This document shows, in pieces, positions 58,511 to 64,000 of a stretch of 64,000 bases of DNA. The stretch covers positions 5,094 to 69,093 of the forward strand of contig CAYSSY010000001.1 of assembly GCA_964434055.1 (NCBI GenBank). Reading direction: 5' to 3'. This DNA comes from an uncultured Gammaproteobacteria bacterium (GTDB lineage: Bacteria > Patescibacteriota > Patescibacteriia > UBA2196 > CAYSSY01). Position 1 is the stretch's first letter. Each line of letters opens with the position of its first letter. Under the pieces are notes generated by a model. That model saw only the letters and a list, made by a program, of their open reading frames with translations, was not told the DNA's origin and did no database searches. The position numbers and the translations under genes were made by a program.

Positions 58511-58951
58511 ATGTTTAACAGTAATCTCAAAAATAATTCTGAAAGTGATTCCAAAAAGATTGAAACCTATGTTGGGTTATCAGTAAAAATTGAAGGTCAT
58601 CTTAAGTCTGAAGGTGATATTTTTATAAACGGAGATGTTAAGGGTGGAGTAACAACAAAGAAAAATATAACAATTGGAAATCAAGCCAAGATTAATGGAA
58701 ACATAAGTGGTCAAAAAATAATCATCAATGGCACTGTTTTAGGTAATATAAAATGTCAAGATCGGTTAGAGTTGGGTGAAACCTCGAAAATTATTGGTGA
58801 TATAGAGACTAAGGCGCTCTCTGTTACTGAGGGAGCGTTAATACAGGGTCAATTAAAAATGGATATTTCAGAAAATAAAGTTTCAAAACAGGATATTTTA
58901 TCAGTTCCTGGAAATTCTGATAAATTAATTGAAAAAAAAAGTAAAATTTAA
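58511..58951 (+). CDS. Bactofilin (polymer-forming cytoskeletal protein)
   Basis: IEGHL.SEGDIFING.V.G, IINGTV.GNI, I.GDI...ALSV.EGA.I.G. Confidence 0.92.
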   Translation: MFNSNLKNNSESDSKKIETYVGLSVKIEGHLKSEGDIFINGDVKGGVTTKKNITIGNQAKINGNISGQKIIINGTVLGNIKCQDRLELGETSKIIGDIETKALSVTEGALIQGQLKMDISENKVSKQDILSVPGNSDKLIEKKSKI

Positions 58952-58957
58952 CTTACC

Positions 58958-59716
58958 ATGTATAGTTTTTTTTATAGTGCAAATTTGGATAAAAAAAATT
59001 CAAAAAAATTACGGTTGGTGGAAAATGCTTTGTCGAATTTAGGTATTAAAGATCGAATTAATAAGATTACACCGCTTACCAAAATAGGTGACTTAGTTAA
59101 TAAAGAAGCAAGGTTGGGAGTAAAAACGTTTGTTGTGATTGGATCAAATAATCTATTATATAATTTTTTAGACTTGTTGGCAGAGAAAAATTTATGCCTT
59201 GGTTATATACCCTTTGATTCTGATAGCGTTCTATGTAAAGTTTTCAGTATCTCCAGTACTCAATCTGCTTGTGAATTATTAGCAGCGCGAAGAATTGTTA
59301 AAATAGATCTTGGTTTAATAAATAACAAAAATTATTTTTTTGATAATATAACTTTTAACGGTAGTGAATTGTTGTTAAAATACGATAAGTTTGACCTATA
59401 TATTAAAAAAAAATGTCAATTAATAATTACGAATTCTCTTTGGAAAGTTAAAAAAAATATCTATTTTGAAGCAGGTTCAAGGGAAGGAATATTGGAAACG
59501 TATGTATTTAACAAAGAAAATAAGTTTTATAATCTTCACAACAATTCTCTAAAAAATTTATTAGTAAAAATAACTACTAAAAAAGTGGCTATTGCGGGCC
59601 ACTCAAGTAATTTTTCTTTTTTGATTGATAATAAAAAAGTGTCGGGCGGTATATCAGATATTAGGATTATAGAAAAAGCAATAAATATTGTCGTTGGAAA
59701 AGGGCGTGCTGATTAG
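58958..59716 (+). CDS. Divergent diacylglycerol-kinase-like protein
   Basis: FVVIGS, LGYIP, IDLGLIN; the GGDG motif is degenerate. Confidence 0.6.
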   Translation: MYSFFYSANLDKKNSKKLRLVENALSNLGIKDRINKITPLTKIGDLVNKEARLGVKTFVVIGSNNLLYNFLDLLAEKNLCLGYIPFDSDSVLCKVFSISSTQSACELLAARRIVKIDLGLINNKNYFFDNITFNGSELLLKYDKFDLYIKKKCQLIITNSLWKVKKNIYFEAGSREGILETYVFNKENKFYNLHNNSLKNLLVKITTKKVAIAGHSSNFSFLIDNKKVSGGISDIRIIEKAINIVVGKGRAD

Positions 59717-59940
59717 TTCAAACTCAGCCATTCAGTTTTTTCTTTTTAAAAAAACCTTTTTTTATTTTTTTAAAATTACTTCTTTTTTATACCTACTCTG
59801 GGTAAATTTTTTTAGATTCTGTTGACCCAATTATATTTGCTAGCGCTTTATGGTTCACAATATTTCTTAGGGTCGTTACGATGTTTAATTTAATTTACTC
59901 TTAATTAAAATGTGTGCTAATCGTTTTTAAAAAACAACTA

Positions 59941-60651
59941 CTATTTCTCGTGTTTATTTAAAAAATAAATCTGTTGAGCAATGGTTATAATTGTTGTCAT
60001 AAACCAATACAACGCTAGACCGCTGGGAAATTTAAGACCAAAATAAAAAGTTAAAAGCGGCATTAAAAAAATCATCTGTTTATTCATTATTGCAGCCATG
60101 TTTTCATCTTTAGCTGTTTCAATTTTTGGTGATTTTTTTGTCATCAACATTTTTGCTGACCACCATTGTGCAATAGCGGCTAAACCAGCCAATATAACAT
60201 TCGGCTGACTTAAATCGATAATATTTAAGGAAATGGTATTAATTTGACCGGGGTTACCAATAAAATTATATATTAAATTAAAATTAGCAGATTTAAGCCC
60301 GCTTTGAAAGGATTGATATATGGCAATAAAAAATGGCAACTGAATTAGTAATTGCAAGCAAGAAGAAAATGGATTAATTTTTTGTTGTCTATAAAGCTCC
60401 ATTGTTGCCCGAGATAAATCCTCTTTGTTGTGAGCATGTTTCTTTTTTAATTCTTCAAGTTTTGGTTGAAGTTCTTGTAAAATTTTTTGCGATTTTATTC
60501 TCTTCAAAGATAGAGGAAATAGAATCAAATTAATAATAAGAGTTAAAACAACAATAGCCACCCCTATATCTTTCCCTGGTATAATATTATATAAAAAAAT
60601 TAATAAATTAAAAATCGGTTGATATAAAAAAGTATTATAAAAATTGATCAT
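59941..60651 (-). CDS. yidC: Membrane protein insertase YidC
   Basis: GVAIVVLT, LQPK, MELY...KINP, LIQLP, PSGLALYW. Confidence 0.93.
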   Translation of the reverse strand: MINFYNTFLYQPIFNLLIFLYNIIPGKDIGVAIVVLTLIINLILFPLSLKRIKSQKILQELQPKLEELKKKHAHNKEDLSRATMELYRQQKINPFSSCLQLLIQLPFFIAIYQSFQSGLKSANFNLIYNFIGNPGQINTISLNIIDLSQPNVILAGLAAIAQWWSAKMLMTKKSPKIETAKDENMAAIMNKQMIFLMPLLTFYFGLKFPSGLALYWFMTTIITIAQQIYFLNKHEK

Positions 60652-60941
60652 TTTGTTATATAATTATTTTTTTTGCTAATATTAGCCATTTTTTTTAACA
60701 AAGGGTCATACCCGCCACTGTTAAAGGGATTACATTTTAATAATCTTTTAATTGTCAAAAAAATACCTAATATTAGCCCTTTTTTAGTTATGGCTTGGTA
60801 GCTATAATCTGAACAGCTTGGATAAAAGCGACAGCCATAAAAAGGAAAAATGTGTTTAAGTGGACCATGATCAAATGATAAAGTTTTTTGATAAAATACA
60901 ATAAGCATTAAAAAAAAACTTCTAACGGGATTCTTTTTCAT
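60648..60941 (-). CDS. yidD: Membrane protein insertion efficiency factor
   Basis: CRFYPSCSDY, RLLKCNPF..GGYDP. Confidence 0.93.
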   Translation of the reverse strand: MKKNPVRSFFLMLIVFYQKTLSFDHGPLKHIFPFYGCRFYPSCSDYSYQAITKKGLILGIFLTIKRLLKCNPFNSGGYDPLLKKMANISKKNNYITK

Positions 60942-61266
60942 TTTTTATAATTTTATTCAATAATTCGTTCAGTTTTTGTGTTTGCTCTTTTTGTGAATAA
61001 TTTAAACATTTTTTTCTTGCAATCACTAGATACAACCCTTCACCAATGTGAGACAAATTGGCTTTTATGTTTTTTTTAATTTGTCTTCTAATTTTGTTGC
61101 GCACTGTTGAAAGACCGCTAATTTTGTTAGAAATTATAATGCCAAATTTTTTTTTCTTATCTGCTTGTCGGAATTTTACAAAAAAAGCTTCATTTTTATA
61201 AACTTTGCTTGATGTAAATTTTAAAAAATCACTTTTGGAAATTAAGCGACTTTCTTTTTTAAGCAT
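60922..61266 (-). CDS. rnpA: Ribonuclease P protein component
   Basis: MLKKESRL, FGIIISNKI, VRNKIRRQI; position between rpmH and yidD. Confidence 0.88.
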   Translation of the reverse strand: MLKKESRLISKSDFLKFTSSKVYKNEAFFVKFRQADKKKKFGIIISNKISGLSTVRNKIRRQIKKNIKANLSHIGEGLYLVIARKKCLNYSQKEQTQKLNELLNKIIKNEKESR

Positions 61267-61288
61267 AGTAGACAAAAATTCTATTAAT

Positions 61289-61426
61289 CTATACCGCTAA
61301 TTTAACCCTCTTCTTGAAGCGCCTCCCTTTAATAACCTTGGCTCCGTTTTTTGTACTCATGCGAACTAAAAAACCGTGTGTTTTTTGTCTTTTTCTCTTG
61401 TTTGGTTGGTATGTTCTTTTTGGCAT
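61289..61426 (-). CDS. rpmH: 50S ribosomal protein L34 (not in the ORF track)
   Basis: [45 protein letters not shown]. Confidence 0.96.
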   Translation of the reverse strand: MPKRTYQPNKRKRQKTHGFLVRMSTKNGAKVIKGRRFKKRVKLAV

Positions 61427-61624
61427 CTTTTGTATTATTAATTAAATTATTTATTTAATTGTAACAATTTACACCTTTTTGGTCAATTAACTTATTAATA
61501 AACATTCTATCAACATATTATTAACATAATTTGCTATTTTAATGATTTTGTGATAATTTTTTTTGTGTTATTATTAAAGAAATACAAAATAATACTTCAT
61601 TTTAAATTATAAAATAATAAACCC

Positions 61625-62992
61625 ATGAATCCAGAACAACTTTGGCAAACAACCCTTGGTGAGCTTGAGTTAATGATTTCTAAAGCTAATTTTACTACAT
61701 GGTTTAAAAATACTTATGTCGCCTCTTGGGAAAAATCAAAAATTATTATTGGCGTTCCCAATACATTTACCAAAGCGTGGCTTGAGAAAAAATATCATGG
61801 CTATATTTATAAGGCTTTACAAAATTCTTCAAAAGGTGAGATAAAAGAGATTATTTATAAGGTTGAGATAAAAAAACCGCAAAATAATATTCTTGTTAAT
61901 AACTCAAGTGTTGTTACAAATAGCGTTTCGGTGTCTGAGTCTGGTGTTCAATTAAATAATTTTGGCTTAAATAATTACTATACTTTTAATAAATTTATAG
62001 TTGGTAAGGGTAATGAATTGGCCCATGCAGCGGCTCAGGCTGTGGCCCGCCAACCGGGCTCTCTATATAACCCTTTTTTTATTTATGGTGGGGTTGGGTT
62101 AGGTAAGACTCATTTGCTTCAAGCGATTGGTCATCAAATTACTGAAAATTATAAAGATAAAAAAATTCTTTACATTACTTGTGAGAGGTTTACTAATGAC
62201 TTTGTACAATCAATAAGAAATGGAACATCTTTGGAGTTTCAGGGTAAGTATCGGGGAGTTGATGTGTTGTTGATTGATGATATTCAATTTATGGCTGGGA
62301 AAGAGCAGACTCAGGAACAATTTTTTCACACATTTAATGCTCTACACCAAAACGGAAAACAAATTATTATATCTTCCGACAGACCACCAAAAGCTATACC
62401 CTCTTTGGAAAACAGACTTTTGTCGCGTTTTGAGTGGGGCATGATTGCTGATATTGGACAGCCTGATTTTGAAACACGAATAGCTATTTTGGAGGCAAAA
62501 CTAGCCGAAAAGGGATTAGATATTGAACTTGGTCGTGATATTATTAATTATATTGCAACAAATGTTCAAAATAATATTCGTGAATTAGAAGGCTCTTTAA
62601 ATAGAATTCTTGCTATTTACGAATTAAATAAAAAAATACCTACGATTGATGAGGTAAAAATAATAATTAATTCACTAAACACAAGAGCAAAAAAAACCGC
62701 CATAACCTGCAAATATTTAATAAAAACAGTGGCTGATTTTTATGAACTAAACATTGATGATTTAATTGGTGAGAGTAGAAAAAAAGAATTGGTGTTTCCG
62801 CGACAAATTTCTATGTTTTTAATTAGAGAGGAAATTAAAAGTTCGTTTCCAAATATTGGACAAGAGATGGGTGGAAGAGATCACACAACGGCAATGCATG
62901 CTTATTCAAAAATATCAAAAGAGTTAGAATCAAACCAAAAATTACAACAAGATATAAATTTAATAAAAGAAAAGTTGTATAGTAATTGTTGA
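61625..62992 (+). CDS. dnaA: Chromosomal replication initiator DnaA
   Basis: YNPFFIYGGVGLGKTHL, LLIDDIQF, NIRELEG, GGRDHTTAMHA. Confidence 0.98.
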   Translation: MNPEQLWQTTLGELELMISKANFTTWFKNTYVASWEKSKIIIGVPNTFTKAWLEKKYHGYIYKALQNSSKGEIKEIIYKVEIKKPQNNILVNNSSVVTNSVSVSESGVQLNNFGLNNYYTFNKFIVGKGNELAHAAAQAVARQPGSLYNPFFIYGGVGLGKTHLLQAIGHQITENYKDKKILYITCERFTNDFVQSIRNGTSLEFQGKYRGVDVLLIDDIQFMAGKEQTQEQFFHTFNALHQNGKQIIISSDRPPKAIPSLENRLLSRFEWGMIADIGQPDFETRIAILEAKLAEKGLDIELGRDIINYIATNVQNNIRELEGSLNRILAIYELNKKIPTIDEVKIIINSLNTRAKKTAITCKYLIKTVADFYELNIDDLIGESRKKELVFPRQISMFLIREEIKSSFPNIGQEMGGRDHTTAMHAYSKISKELESNQKLQQDINLIKEKLYSNC

Positions 62993-63200
62993 TAAAGGTT
63001 TAATAAATTTAATATTGTTTGTTTGGTTTCTTGTTTATTAACAGTTAAAATAATTTTTATAATGCTTTGTTTAACAAATTAACCACTGATTACTTAATAA
63101 TTTTAAGCTTAAGATTAGTAAAAAAAAAGAGTTATTAACAAAAAATTACATCTATATTAATTAATATAAAATAAAATTAATATAAACTAATTATAATAAT

Positions 63201-64000
63201 ATGAAATTTAGTTGCACTCAAGAGAATTTAAATAAAGGACTACAAACAGTTGTTCATCTTGCTGGCAAAAACTTAACCTTACCAATTTTGAATAATATTT
63301 TAATTGAAACCGAAGAAGGTTTGATTAATTTGTCGGCAACAAATTTAGAGATCGGTATAAAAATAAGTGTTAGAGGAAAAGTTTTAGAGCCGGGAAAAAT
63401 AACAATTCCCGCCAAAACAATTAGTGATTATGTTTCGCTGCTACCAAAAGAAAAAATTGATATTAGTTTAGAAAAAGATATTTTGTTTTTAGAGTGTTTG
63501 AATAATAAAACTAAAATTAAAGGGGTTTCAGCTGAGGATTTTCCATTAATTCCAGTTTTGAAACAAAATTATGGATATGTGTTAAATAAAGAAGATTTAA
63601 AGATCGCAATAAATAAAACATTAATTTCTTGTAGTGTTGATGACACCAGGCCAGAGATTAGTGGTGTTTTATTTGCCGCAACAGACGACACACTAAAATT
63701 AGTAGCCACAGACAGTTTTAGGTTGGCTGAAAAAAAAATAAAAATTAAAAATAAAATTGATAGTGAAAACAAAATTGTTGTGCCCTTAAAAACACTTAAT
63801 GAACTTCTAAGAATTATTGATAATAGTGAAACGAGCGAAATAAAAGTGTTTTTAGAGGAAAATCAAATTATGTTTAAACAGGAAGAAATATTATTAATTT
63901 CAAGATTAATTGACGGTCAGTTTCCTGATTATGAACCGATAATACCAACAACTTATAAAACAAAAATAGAAATAAACAAAGAAGAAATAATTAAAGCTGT
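63201..64000 (+). CDS. dnaN: DNA polymerase III beta clamp (runs off the window end)
   Basis: MKFSCTQENL, LPILNNILI, ATNLEI, RPEISGV, VATDSFRLAE, SRLIDGQFPDY. Confidence 0.96.
   Translation, partial: MKFSCTQENLNKGLQTVVHLAGKNLTLPILNNILIETEEGLINLSATNLEIGIKISVRGKVLEPGKITIPAKTISDYVSLLPKEKIDISLEKDILFLECLNNKTKIKGVSAEDFPLIPVLKQNYGYVLNKEDLKIAINKTLISCSVDDTRPEISGVLFAATDDTLKLVATDSFRLAEKKIKIKNKIDSENKIVVPLKTLNELLRIIDNSETSEIKVFLEENQIMFKQEEILLISRLIDGQFPDYEPIIPTTYKTKIEINKEEIIKA

Noticed and set aside
59717-59940. Weak hairpin (GACCC/GGGTC) downstream of yidC
   Set aside because: Too little pairing in AT-rich sequence to distinguish from chance
63569-63772. 67-aa minus-strand ORF
   Set aside because: Antisense to dnaN, which the track omits because it is truncated

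Overview
This AT-rich window looks like a Patescibacteria (CPR) chromosome. The basis is the tandem CPR-type pilins, lamin-tail and VanW proteins, the rpsO-NYN-pnp order and AT-rich translation starts without a Shine-Dalgarno (SD) motif; TGA is used as stop (code 11). It runs from a pilin and envelope region (RlpA-M23, five pilins, galU, mscL, O-antigen ligase, flippase) through housekeeping genes (nusA, tig, nfo, ruvB, queA, sod, rpsT, holA, polA, rpsO, pnp, dksA, lspA, comM, trxAB, gdh) and 11 tRNAs to the yidC-yidD-rnpA-rpmH / dnaA-dnaN cluster. I found no CRISPR array, transposase, integrase or rRNA. The main unexplained signals are: (1) a promoter- and terminator-bounded ~445-nt RNA with a multi-helix junction and two loop-loop complementarities (48.1-48.6 kb); (2) a ~350-nt transcript built from two tandem bubble-containing rods (25.2-25.55 kb); (3) a dispersed family of 7-nt-periodic micro-elements, found both between genes and in-frame inside proteins, including a 14-bp repeat in the O-antigen ligase; (4) a pilin-peptidase fusion; (5) a YerC-controlled unit of an unknown enzyme plus a 20-aa peptide; (6) a palindrome-bounded candidate origin ~3.5 kb from dnaA. 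All structures were paired by eye and no database was searched.
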